Shown here piece after piece: positions 38,775 to 52,000 of a stretch of 64,000 nucleotides of DNA; the first letter of the stretch is position 1; the number at the start of each line of letters is the position of its first letter. The DNA is from Camelus ferus. Its lineage: Eukaryota. The stretch lies in assembly GCF_009834535.1 (NCBI RefSeq), contig NC_045697.1:74216001-74280000 (forward strand), read 5' to 3'. The notes beneath the pieces are model-generated. The model was given only the letters and a program-made list of their open reading frames with translations. It was not told the origin of the DNA and made no database searches. The position numbers were made by a program, and so were the translations under genes.

Positions 38775-39585
38775 GTGAGTCTGATAGCGTTCATGACAAT
38801 GAAAACTGTCACTTCTTTGTCTTGTTTAAATCATAGTGTCTTATTTTTCATATCACTTATTCTAATATCCTGTAATTTCCCTACTTACTATATGTAGACT
38901 TTCTTGTCTTTCTCCCCTCTGTGCTATGAACTCTGTAAAGTCATAGACTTTAATGTGTTTTGTACATGATGTATTCCAAGTGCCTAAAATGGTGCCTGAT
39001 ACAAGGTAGGTTCTCTACAAATATCTGCTGGATGAATGAACAGAGTTTTAGAGAGCAAAATCATAGTTCAAACTGTTCTTTTTTCTAGATAAGGAATCCC
39101 AGTCTTCAGAGATAAAGTGGCTTTCTCAAAGTTACTTAATGGCAGAGCTGGGCCAGGGGCCAGGCCTCTAAACTCCTGCCTGATTTACTGATATTACTTC
39201 CCAGAAAAATTCATGCACATGTACAATTTACTTAATTAAATATTATTTATCAAGTGCTTAATATACAAGTGATTGCCTACAGCTTGGCAAAGAATTAAAA
39301 AATTGTTCAACATCCAAGAGGGATTAGAACCTCTGCCTTCTTATTCGCAGTTGAATTTTCTTCTCTACAACACTGCCCTCGTGTGCTAACAGAAGAATTT
39401 TTCACTGCATAACTCAGCTGAATACTTCACAATAATAACCTGATCTATGCCTCAACATTGATATAATCCCAGATCAATGTATGGCTTCAATATTTTAAAA
39501 GTCTCCAGGGAAGAAATATTTACCAACTCAGTGAGGATTTTATCATACATCTACCTAAACCAAAATCTCTCCTTACTTCTTTCAG

Positions 39586-39784
39586 CCAGAAGTGCCTCGT
39601 CAAACTGACACTCACCGCTCCAAACTCCTGTCCACATACAGTACAGAGGAACTCTACCAAGCCAAGCGCAAGTGCAATGCTACACAAGAATATGACATCG
39701 ATCTTCTGGAAGGGGAGTTGGTGGCTGTGATGGAACAGAAGGACCCACTGGGCAGTACGAGCAGGTGGCTTGTTGACACAGGAA
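39586..39784 (+). CDS. ARHGEF38: ARHGEF38 coding exon, first SH3 domain: PEVPRQTD...LYQAKRKCNATQEYDIDLLEGELVAV...RWLVDTG
   Basis: ttcag|CCA acceptor and A|gtaagt donor; 199 nt, phase 0 to 1. Confidence 0.96.
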
Positions 39785-39923
39785 GTAAGTTTTTTGCACA
39801 GAACTTCCACCTCTCTTCTAGTTGAGATTTTCCCAGGGGTCTCTGCATGCTTCTCTCAACACAACTGTTTGGAAAGAGTATACAACTAACCTTGTTTTTT
39901 CTTTCTTTTTATTTCCTATCCAG

Positions 39924-40183
39924 TTATAAAAGGATACGTGTATTCCTCCTTCCTAAAACCCTACAATCCAGCAAAAGTGCAGAAGGTGGACGCTGAGAAC
40001 AGGTTCTGTGATGATGATTTTGATAACATCAGCCTCTTCGTGTCTTCACGACCAGCCAGTGACAGTGTCACAGGCACCCCAGAAGGTAGCATAAGTGATA
40101 GCAGCTCATCTCTTAGTGGAACATGTGGAAAGTTTGAAACCAACGGTACTGATGTTGACAGTTTTCAAGAAGTAGATGAGCAG
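39924..40183 (+). CDS. ARHGEF38: ARHGEF38 coding exon, end of first SH3 and Ser-rich linker: IKGYVYSSFLKPYNP...FQEVDEQ
   Basis: tccag|TT acceptor and CAG|gtaaga donor; 260 nt, phase 1 to 0; preceded by a 139-nt intron. Confidence 0.96.
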
Positions 40184-42379
40184 GTAAGAATTCGAACCTT
40201 AATGTAAAAATGCTTGGCTGTTCAAATCGTGAAAGATGTTCTCTCTAACGGCTCTGTCTTACTGTGAGACTCAGTGGAAGCATCAGCTTTAACACCAAGG
40301 GGCTGTATCAGCACTTCCTCCCTATGCATATTTTGCAAGGATTTGAATTCCCTGAGCCTGTCTCCTCAAATGAGGAAAAGAGGACAATAATTCCTACTTT
40401 GCAGAGTTGACGTGAGGATTAGAGGTAATGAGCATATGTAAGGTACCCAGCACGGAGTAGGCACTGAATAAATCGCAGTTGTTAGTACTTCGAGTGAAGG
40501 GAACATGGTCTTTCTGCACTCACCCATCAGAGAAAAACAGCTCAATACTGAACAGATTGCTGCCATTAGTAGCATGTGGAAAATTGGCCATCATTCCTCT
40601 GAGAGCAATATCTTCATTGAGACATCTATGAAGTGGTCATTTTTAATCTCTTGCATAATGACCTATGCTATATACTATATACTGAAACTTTTAAAAGCTA
40701 CCTTTCCCTCACTTAATCAATGCAAAGACTATTGGCATAATCCTTTCCCCAAATGGTAACTTAACTATAGTTTTGTTTTTTTACTATCTCAGAAAGTTTC
40801 AATATATTTAACTGTTAATCCCCAAGTGGTGACCAACTCACATTCCTTCTGTAAACTTGCTTTTTTTCTTCAGTGGATTTTCATTAATTAATCTTAACTT
40901 CTTTTTTACAAATAAGGTTAACATATTATTTGTGAAAAGTTAAAATAGAAAGATATATGTAAATTAAAAGTAAAGGCCTTTATTCTCTCTTCAGTTCTAC
41001 TTTTTAGAGATTATATTCAGGTATGTCTTTTCAGATATTGTATTTATATGAGTATTTATACTTATATGAGTGGGAACATATATGTGGTACATAATCTTTT
41101 TCACTTAACGATATATCTTAGACATATCAATATCTAAATGTCTATTTAGATATTGACTTTTTCCTTAAAAAATTCTGCATAGTATTTAATTATTTTAGAT
41201 ATACCATAATTTATGTAACTATTCGCATAATAATAAACATATAGAACATTTTGATGTTTTCAAAATTTCAAACAATATTTCAGGCAAGATCCTTGTTTAT
41301 CTGCAATATATGAGGGTTGTGAATTGCGGTTTCTCTATATCCTGGATTTATTATCTTTTATTACAGACATCTTACTGGAGGCAAAGTAGTGTCTCATTGT
41401 AGTTTTACTTTGCATTTCCCTAATGACTAATGCTGTTGAGTATCTTGCATGTTCTTATTGGCCATTCCTGTATCTTCTTTGGTAAATGTCTTTTCAGATA
41501 TTTGGCCACTTAAAAAATTGGGTAATTTCCCATCCCATTATTCAGTTTTAAGAATTCTTTATATAGTTCTGGATGCTGTTCTTTATCAGATACATAATTT
41601 ACAAATATTTTCTCCCAGTCATGACTGATTCTAAACTCATCTATACATTACTGTGTGTTCTTACCACTTTTCTGACTTGAAGTTTCAAAACCCTATTTTT
41701 CTATTATTCATTCACTCTCTTAGTGTATTCAGAGTTTCTGTAAGACAATATAATGTTATAATGCCAACTGGTAAGAAAATTTTTATCAGTGAAATCTACA
41801 TAATTGGTTAAATGTCCTGGCTGACTTGGCCTTATCTCAATAACCTGGAAGGACAGACATTGGAGGACCAAATTTGTCAAGACACCCTAAAGCTAGCTTG
41901 ATGTTGAGTTCTAGTTCTAAGTTGGCTTTACAGGGACTTTTGGATTAAGCACCTTACTTAGGCGCTTTCAGCACAGGTTTCGTAGTCTAAAACTGCACCT
42001 AGTTCCCACTACTGCTATTGCAGAGTAATTCTCTTTGAGTAATCCTATCAATGCGTATCATGGGAATTAGGTCCTTCAGAAGTTTCTATTACTGAGAGGG
42101 AAAAAAAATGAAGTAATTTTCTTTTGCTCAAAACAGAAAGTATATTAATGATATCTCTCCATAAAGTTCTATTTGTTCTCCTTTTCCTCTGAGTTTAGAT
42201 CCAATTCAAAATACACCCTGGTGTCAGGGATATAAATATAAACACTATTACTAATATAGCTGGATTAGAAAATGCAGCTTGGATCTGTGACCACATAGGA
42301 TCCCCTATACCTTCCCTCTGAGTTGAAATAACCCAACCCAAATTGCAGGGGTTTCCAATCAAATAATAATGGCATAATC

Positions 42380-43041
42380 TGTGTTAGTTTTCTATGCTGC
42401 ATAACAAATTATCATAAACTAAGTGGCTTAAAACAACATAAATTTATTATCTCACCATTTCCATGGCCAGCAGTCCAGGCACAGCTCAGCTGGATGCTCC
42501 ACTTAGTAGCTCCTACAGCTGCAGTCTAGACGTTTGGCTTGGCTGTGCTTCTTTCTGAAACTCAGAGTTCTTTTCCAAGCTTGTGGTTGTTGGCAAAATT
42601 TGGTTCCTTGTTCCAGTAGCACCAAGGCTTCCATTTTCTTGCTGGCTGTCAGCCAAGGACCACTTTCAACAGCTCAGGCTGCTCTCAGATCCTTGCTACG
42701 TGGCTGTCTCCATAGGCAGTTCACAACATGGCTGTTGGCTTCTTCAAAGCCGGTAGGAGAGCACCTCTCTCATTTCAGCTCTCTCCCTTCAGAGAAGATC
42801 TGGACTCTCTTTTAAAGGCTTACCTGATTATGTCAGGCCCACTCAGGATAGTCTTCAACTAACTCAAAGTCAGCGTAATAGGGACCTTATTAGGCACCTC
42901 TGCAAAAATCCCTTTACCTTTGTAAATAATGTAACCTAATCATAGGAGTGAAATCCCATCATATTCACATAGGGGGTTATATAGAACATGTTCAACAGGA
43001 GGTGGTAATCTTGGGGTCAGTCTTAGAATTCTCCTACCATA
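42380..43041 (-). mobile_element. MaLR (MLT1-type) solo LTR
   Basis: Starts tgtgttagttttctatgctgcataacaaatt..aagtggcttaaaacaaca and ends tcttagaattctcctaccata. Confidence 0.8.
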
Positions 43042-45532
43042 CTATGTAAGATGCCTTGTTTGGTGAGCAGGATGCTGGACAAATGTGATAACTATCTTTG
43101 ATACTTCTCAAAGAGGATCAGGTTTAATAATAGCTAAAACCAGCTTTAGAGGGAAGCAATATCTGAGAATCAGTGCTCTTTTCTTTTTTTCACATAAATA
43201 ATACTGAGAACACAATTTTTGACTTTTAAAAAGCTGTTCTGCTAATTCTAGATTCATTGTCTAGTCCCTCATCTTTACATTTTTTCAATTGCTTATCATG
43301 ATAATGCTATATGTTTAGTATGCCATTATTTAGAAAGTGCATCAAAAGTCAGCAGACAGTAACATAATGTATTTAAGTAGTCATGAAAATGATGCTTTTA
43401 AGAGCTATTTATTGAAATGAAAAGATTTTAAAATATATTTTGCAGTGAAAAAGCAGGTGGCAAAAATTATGTGTACTATAATTACATGTTTATTACCACT
43501 TCAGGTAGGTAGGTATAAAGAAAAGAGGAAGAAGAAAAGGAAGAAAGGATAAAAGAAAAACAAGGTATTAATAGAAGTTGGATAATTTATTTTTTTGCTT
43601 ACCTTTATTTAAAATTTTTTTTACAATTACTTACGTAATAACAATTCATAATTTTTAACTAAAGAAAATGAAAGCTTGCTTCTAATGAGTGGGAGAGAAG
43701 AATGAGTGTTTTTCATGCAATATAACTATCTTGGCTTCCTGAGCTACATATGATATAATACCATAAATGCTGGTTTTGTAATTTTAGTTTTGGAAAGGAA
43801 GATTAAACTATCTCATGATTTTTGTGGTTGCTAATTGGAAAACTGGGATGAAATCAATAAAATGAGATTCAGTGAAGAGAGGTAATGTGGCTCACTAAGG
43901 GAGGAACAATTAAATGTACAAATAAAGAATAAGGAAATGCTGAACTGGCTGTGACACCACAAGGAAAGAGCTGGTGGTTATGAATAGTGGGTAATAAATC
44001 CGGTATGAGTCAATAATATAAAACAGAGTGCTACAAAAAAAAAAAAGTAAATGCTGTGAAACTGGGTTGGAGTCATAGAATATTGTACTTAAAATGAGCC
44101 AGAGCTTCACAGATTTCAAGGAAGCAACTAATAAGATATATATTGATAAGTGCCAAGGGGAAAAAGAAAAGGATCAGATGATTATGGCTTAAATTAACAA
44201 AATTTTAATTAACGTGTCTGGAGTAAAACATATTAACATTGAAAGTTTGAAAAATACAACCTAGAACAATTAAAATATTTTTTTTAAGGGAGACATTCTT
44301 AGCTCTTAAATCCATAACCTATTGAAAACTTCTAATTTGTGGTCTAACATTATTAACCACTGTCTCTTTAAAAGCAGACTTACTTCCATTTTGAATATCT
44401 ATCTTATGTTAAATGGAGGCATAAAGAAATATAAAAACTGAAAAATGCTCATCCTAAATTAATTTGGGACCATGATCATCTAAAGTATTGAAAGTACATG
44501 TTGTAATTTTGTACTTAAAATTTAAAATACAATTATGAGAATCTATACTGAGTGTTTAAAATACAAGCTTTGCAATAATTTCATACCAAATAGATCTAGA
44601 TGGAAGGTTTTATATTCCCCCTGAGAGAATATGCACCAAATGAAAGGCTACCATAAATACTTAGGAATAGTATATTAGTAGGTAATTTGACCTGTTAAAA
44701 TATCTATGGCTGCACTGGTGAGGCATATTTATTATGCATAAAAGTTGCAAAAGATGGCTAGCAACTGCTAATGTGGGCTCTTACAGATTATTTCAGAAGC
44801 TGTATATTATGATGCATCATATTCCTGAAAGCTTTTGCAAACCAAATCCCCTACTCTGCTCACTGTGGATATATTCAATGTCTTCACTTTCTAAATAAAA
44901 ACAAAAAACCCAGCAGCAACATTTTAGGGATTCCAGTCCCTTTATACAAGAATACACTCTGCACATTCTTGTCAGGACAAGAATTTGGCTCCTAAAGTAC
45001 TATGAGAAATGGACCAAGCCCAGGATTTGGAGTTAGAAGATATGGTACGGACTAGCTCTGTGATTAAGAGCATGTTACTTCTCCAAGTCACAACTCACAG
45101 GGTTGTTGAGGATAAGGCACATTTGACATGTAAACTGTCACGAGAGCTATAAAAGGTGGTTATTATTGCTACCATTCCATTGCTCAAGAATTTCTGGCAC
45201 CTCTTTTTTTGTTTTCTCTTTACTTAAGTTACAAAATAATCCATGTCCACTAGTCTGTCTTGTATGTATCTTTCATGACACAAGAAGACCTCTTTTATGT
45301 TCTTGTATGATATCCAAGCCTTTCAGCCTTACTTTCAAGTCAAATCAACATATATTTGAATTCATACTGTGTGCCATGATGTGGTCACTGGAAAAAAGTT
45401 GTAACATGGTTTCTTTACTTGAGGTGGAGCTCATGCTAGAGTTGAGATGATATATAAATCAGTGGTATCAAAAGACCATCAAAAGTTAAATAACAGTTCA
45501 AGATCTAAAGAACAGCTTACACTGTAATTATA

Positions 45533-46540
45533 CAGTTGACCCTTGAATAACGTGGGGGTTAGGGATATCAACCCCGTTGGCAGTTGAAAATCTGCAGAAA
45601 ACTCTTCCAAAATTTAACTACTAATAGCCTACTGTTGACCAGAAGCCTTATGGATAATATAGACAGTTGATTAACACATTTCTGTATGTTACATGTATTT
45701 TATATATATATATATACACACACATACAATAAAGTAACCGAGAAAAAAGAAAATGTTATTAAGAAAATCATAAGGGAAATACATTTACAGTACTGTACTA
45801 TATTTATCAATACTATAAGTTTGCCATCTGTTTACAAAATGAATCATTTGTCAGTATCTACATCAATATTTTATTATATGATACAAGACACTGTAGATGT
45901 TACATGAATTTCTAACACTTGACATCAGAAATGAAAAAATATAAAAAAGAAATTCCTATTTATTTACAGATATAACGATTCATGCATTGATAACAAAGGA
46001 GCAATATGATTGCTTTATGGTAGCCTCGTGTAATTAATATGATTGCTTTATGGCAGCCTAGCTTATACACTAATGAATAAATCATTATAAAATTTTTATG
46101 ACACATATTATTAGTCATACTCATAATACAGTATTGGAAACATTTTGAAACATTTAAAAAAAATCACTTACCTGTGGTGATAGGCTGATATGCAGTCTCT
46201 CCAATTATGAGAGAGAGAGAGGCATACTGAATGGTAATGGTAATGTAATTCCTTGAAAGCAAAATTATAAAACAGTAAGAAAATTAACATGTTATTAATT
46301 TTATGTTAAATATCACTCATGCCTATGTAAGGATAGACTAGTATCTACATATTTTTATGCAATCATGACATACCTTACTTTTTTCATATTTTTTTCAATA
46401 TTTCTAGGTTACATGGTTCATCTGTGAGTTTTTTGAAATTGTCTCAGATCTCCCCCAGTTTTTCCAATTTATTTATTGAAAAAAATCTCCATATAAATTG
46501 ACCCACACAGTTCAAACCTGTGTTGTTCAAGGGTCAACTG
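45533..46540 (-). mobile_element. Tigger2-type TcMar DNA transposon, internally deleted (about 1 kb)
   Basis: Terminal inverted repeats cagttgacccttgaataac and gttgttcaagggtcaactg (18/19 match); TA on the left flank and CA on the right. Confidence 0.9.
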
Positions 46541-46832
46541 CAGTTTCCTCCCCACATTACCATCTCTTTTCCTGCGCAATGAAATCACCTTATTTTTCAT
46601 AATTTCCTTTTTATATGGACCCTCAATTTTGGAAATCTTAATCTGCTTGTCTTCCCCATATACTGTTCTCATGTATTCATCTCTGTATCTTCGAATAAGA
46701 CATATTCATCCCTTTTATCAACTTTGTCACTTATAAAAGGTTAATTCTTCTAAAATTCAGTTCACAATTAGTTGATATATATCACCTGCAGGGTGTTTTG
46801 TTTTGTTTTGTTTTCACATGTGCCTTTTTTTT

Positions 46833-47016
46833 TAACATTTTTTTATTGAGTTATAGTCACTTTACAATGTTGTGTCAAACTCCAGTGTAGAGCACACTTT
46901 TTAGTTACACATGAATGTACGTATATTCATCGTCACATTTTTTTTCACTGTGAGCTACCACAAGATCTTGTATATATTTCCCTGTGCTATACAGTATAAT
47001 CTTGTTTATCTATTCT
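46833..47016 (-). mobile_element. Short LINE-1 3'-end insertion
   Basis: Related to the 13468 and 25929 elements (tttacaatgttgtgtca, ccctgtgctatacagta, ttgtttatctatt); degenerate flanking acatgt..tttttt. Confidence 0.82.
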
Positions 47017-47978
47017 ACATGTCTTTTTTTTTTTTTTTTGCATTTTTTTCCCAGCTGGGTGATAAGCTCTCTGATAACATAATCTTCTACTTAATATGTA
47101 CTTAATAAATTCTAATTAAACAAATGAATGAATAAATGTGGTTGGTACTTAATTTTATACCATAACTAAACATTTTTATTAAGTCATGATTTTAGTGGAA
47201 GAGGGACTAAACACTTATTTAGGGGCTTCTTATGCATCTAATAATTATGAAGTGTTCTTTCGAGGTTAAAGAAAAATTCTTCTGACTGAAATATATTTTA
47301 TTAGTCTCTCTAGGTCACTTTAATTTAAAATTACAAATTTAATACATTGTCATTATAAAAGTTTATACAATAAGGAAAGAAATAAAAATGAAAATCAGCT
47401 TTAATTCTACCAAAAAAAAATCTAACAATACTTACATCATACACCTGATTTTATATCTTTTATTTTCTTAATATTTTATCATAAGCATTTTCCTATGTTA
47501 TTAGTCTTAGAAAACATTATTTCTGCAACTATAAATTTCCTTAGAGTAAGGATCCAGAATTTAACTATTATTTTGCTGAACCCTTAGTGTTATTCCCAAT
47601 TCTCTCCCACTTTTCACCTCACAAGTGGGTATTGCAGTAAAATTATTGTGCAAAAATCTCTGCCAATGTTTGTTTCTGTATGAGACTCTTAGAGCTATTA
47701 TTGAGTCAAAAAGTTAACATTAAAAGTCTTTTAATAGAAAGTGCCAAATTGCCTTCTAGAGTGGATAATTTAGATTCCTCCCAACAGAACAATAAGAATG
47801 ACAATTTCACTTTATTTTCAACTGGGCCATATTTCAGCAAAATAAATCCAACAGGAGTTGGGGAAATGTGACTTTGGAAAAATAAGAAAACGTAACATTT
47901 TTTTCTAAAAGCCTGGAAACCTTTATTGTCTAAATTTTTAGGTCTGCTTCTAATAATGTCATTTTCTTTTTTGTCTAG

Positions 47979-48164
47979 ATTTTCTATGCAGTTCATGCCT
48001 TTCAAGCACGGAGTGACCATGAACTCAGCCTTCAGGAATACCAAAGAGTCCATATACTTAGATTTTGTGACCTAAGTGGCAATAAAGAATGGTGGTTAGC
48101 TGAAGTTCAAGGGCAGAAAGGCTATGTTCCAGCTAACTACCTTGGGAAGATGACTTATGCTTGA
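47979..48164 (+). CDS. ARHGEF38: ARHGEF38 last coding exon, C-terminal SH3: IFYAVHAFQARSDHELSLQEYQRVHIL...EWWLAEVQGQKGYVPANYLGKMTYA*
   Basis: gtctag|ATT acceptor; SH3 signature WW...GYVPANY; TGA stop at 48162-48164. Confidence 0.97.
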   Translation: MFYAVHAFQARSDHELSLQEYQRVHILRFCDLSGNKEWWLAEVQGQKGYVPANYLGKMTYA

Positions 48165-48799
48165 GAAAATAAGCCTTTGACTTCTATTTTCTGGCAAGTT
48201 GTTGATTGACTACCTCATAAAACTGACATTACAAAATGTTGGCCTGGAAATCAAGAAACCTCCAAAACTCCATGAACTGATACCGTATCAGGTTTTAAGG
48301 AACAATATGCTTCCTAACAAGATTATTTCAAAATGTATTAATGAAGGATACATGTTGAAGAAAACACTAAACAAACAGGAAAAGCAAAACAAATAGCTTA
48401 AGCTCCAACTATCAGCTACTTAAAAGTGATCTTCTGAAAGGGTATGTGTTCTTTATCACCATGAAACATTGGATCTAAGGCAAGGTTTTTTCAACTTCAC
48501 TGTATTTTTTTTTTTGTATTATGTATTTTGCTTTAAATGTTTTTTCATATTTTTCTCTCTTGCACATGCATGCATGTATATACATACACAAATATACACC
48601 ATACACATTATACAGTTTACACATATATGTGTACTACATGGTATAGATTATACACATACATGCATGAACCAGGGATGTACTGAATAGACATAAGAATAGG
48701 AATTGGTTACTTAATTAACAGTCAACTAGAAATCTTTGATGTGGAGCCTCTCTTTAATGTAAGTTTTGAATTTAAAAAACTCTCTTCAATAACAGGATA

Positions 48800-49010
48800 A
48801 TAATAATAGCTAACATTTACTGAATGCATACTACATGCAAGACATTACTATGCATGCTTTTTATGTGGTAACTTATTTGATACTCACATTATGAGGAAAC
48901 TGTGGCCCAAAGAGATGAAATAATTCGTTTAGCCCAAGTCACATTGGTATTAAGTGGTAGGGCTGGGACTCAAACCCAAGTCTGGTTCTGAGGCCCATAC
49001 TCCCAACCAC
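48800..49010 (-). mobile_element. MIR SINE in the probable ARHGEF38 3' UTR
   Basis: aataatagctaacatttactgaatgc..atgaggaaactgtggccca..gggactcaaacccaagtctg. Confidence 0.75.
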
Positions 49011-52000
49011 TACATGGTTACATTTGCTATCAGCAAAGAACTTAGTGATGCAAATAATGGACATTGATGAGGACTGTTTTCCTCTTAGGTCTATATTTAA
49101 GTATTGAGAAATTTTTCAAAATCAGGGGCTATAGGAACTTTCATGTTATTAGCCTAGAGAAAAAGAAGTATCTAGGTTATTTTTATTTTTTGCTTAAACT
49201 TTTTTGAAAATATAATTGTTTAAAAACTATCCTACATGATCACTAATGATGCTTTAGTGAGAAAATATTTTTGGATCACTCAATCATGTGGATGATGAAT
49301 GGGGAATGTGTTTTCCATGTTCTGAGCCAAGATGTAAATATTTTTAGTTGCTGATTTGTACTTAGACAAGGCAGGCATTGAGGATAACATTTGCTGTAAC
49401 ACAATGTCCTGGGACACTGAACTTTAATTTAGGAATAGCTCAGAACTATCCCCTATGATTTCAGGCTTATTTTGTTCCAAGACATTTTATTGAACTAAAG
49501 ATGCTTCTTTGGAACAGAAGAAGATTAAATTTGACTTAGTGGTTTCCTTTAAAAACCAAAATAAGGTGGATTTTTATTGTCCATGTTTGGTGCTAATACA
49601 CTACATTTTAAGATTAAAATTAAAATTACTTTCAAAGACTTTGCCTCTATAGTGTACATTGTTATACATATACTGAGGAGTACAAATAAAATGAAGAGTT
49701 CTGCTTCTCAGAGGGCTGTTGACTTTCATGTACATATATGACATGTACAACTACAGAAATTCAAAGTAAGACTTTATATGACAGAAAAATTTTTATTTTA
49801 TATTGTTTCTAAAATTCTTAATCTAAACATAGGTTCATAAAGTTCTACTTGTAAGTTGTTTTTGCATAAAATATTCCCTTGTTTTCAGTTAGGTACCAAA
49901 AGAAGACTCTCTTTTTTGGATACACAGGGACTTTTTATATGTCCTTTAAATGGTCCTTTGTACCCGATAGTGAAACATAAGTAAATCCCAGTTGCTTAGG
50001 GTAAAGCAAAAGGAAATCCAAATTTGCTACTTGTGGAAACTATGAACATGCTCAACAACCAAAATAGTGGGGAAATTTTATATAATTTAAATTAGCTGTG
50101 ACCTTAATACTCCCCTTAAAATAGAATTATATGAGTAACACATGTCTGCTTTTCTGGCCGAAATAAGTGACTAGATGTATATGAGAAGTTTGGTCTACCT
50201 GTGTGGTCCTAGGATTGATGCATCCTGACTGACCTTAGAGGAAACCACACCACTAAAATCATAGCTGCAGTCAGTTGCTGAGCAAGAGTTGTAATGAAGC
50301 GCACTTCTGCAGTCCCCCACTACTGTGGTAAACATACATTGTTATAAAACTCCTTTGTTGCTATTTTAAAAATACAACCTACATCTCATATGCCATTTAG
50401 GTTTTTTGTGTGTGTATGTGAACATTATACATTCATTTTCTAAGTATGTTATTTCAAATCAAGTAATTGTAATTTTGAGGTCAGGCATTATTTTGTTGGG
50501 CATAAGGGAAATAAAATTCCAAGATAGTTATAATGTGTTTAAGTCTTCAAAAAGTTTAAAAAGATAAAACTGTGGGTGACATCATTATGATTAAGGCAAA
50601 GTATACTAATGTAATTATATATTCTTTCTTTGTATCTTTAAAATTAAATGCTATTGTACAGAATTCTCTGAAATAAGTATTTCTACCGAGAATACAGGGG
50701 AAATTTTTGTGGTTTTTTCCTTTGTAAAACAAACAGGTGTATGTATACATTATATTTAGTATTTATTTTTAAATGCAGGTGCTCTAAACTAATATACATA
50801 ATAATGTTTAGAAATCATAAAAAATCCAGTAATACAAAACCACTGTGGGTGCTTAAATCATGTGAAAAAGTCAGAAAGCCACTACCTGAACATTCCTTAT
50901 ATTTCAGAAAAATATCTGGTTTTAGTATTTATTAGTACAAAACAATCCTATGAAAGAAGAATTGTGCAGAAGAGATATAATGCACATTGTTAATCATATA
51001 AATGCAGTGCAGCACTGCATGAAATACTTTAAGTGCTGGTATATTCTGTATCTTGCCTAAAATATAATTTGGACTTTGGAAGATGGCTATTCAGTGCCTG
51101 TCACTATTTGTGATGAATATTCAGATGATTTACAAAAACTAGTTAACATAGAATAAAAAACTTTTTTCATAAGCTGTTTGGATTTTTGTCTCTTGCAAAA
51201 ACCTCTCAAAGTAATATGAATAAAGAGAGGAAATCTTTATATTCTAAGATGGCAAGAAAACTATTTATATCCTATTTGTCATAACTACGGCTTCTTAAGG
51301 TACTAAATGCACTGTTCAATACTGAATACATCTAGAAACCTCACAAAATTTAAGCTAAATTAGACATATAAATTTACATTGTATTTGATGAGGAAGGAAT
51401 TACATTTCATTGACTGAAAGGACTGAAAGGACTTTATACTCTCTAGGGCTATCCAACTATTTATAAAAGGTTACTATTTTTAAAGTCTTATTTTTTCAAT
51501 TATCTTCCTCCTCCTATACATACTAAATAGTATGTATATATAAACTCAGTCATTAAATTCTCTGTGATCTACAAAATTATTCCAATATAACAAATCTTTA
51601 CTCCAGGGCCACAAGAATTCACACTGAGTCTCTGTAAGCCAGTTACTGCTTTCACAATACTACACTCTAGACAGAGGAGAGATTTGCTTTAATTTTTCAG
51701 GAAAATAAGTACATTTTAGCATATACTGGAATGAGATGTTCTTGTTCAAAAATCTAGGGAATGTATTCTTAGTAAATTAAATACAGCTTACCTTGCTTTA
51801 AAGAAATATTATGGTATGTAAATGTATTTATGGCTTTCTCCAATTGCTTATATAATTTTATAATTATTGCACTAATAAAAACTTATCTCTATAAAATGAT
51901 ATATTTCCTATATAACCTATGGCCATCATAATTTGTAATGTTACTAATAAATGGTACTATCATATCCTTGTTAAGAGCTGGAATCACCTTACCTTTCAAT

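Noticed and set aside
5165..48164. Calling ARHGEF38 an established pseudogene
   Set aside because: Only one lesion was found, and every other exon and splice site is intact, so an error or recent allele cannot be excluded.
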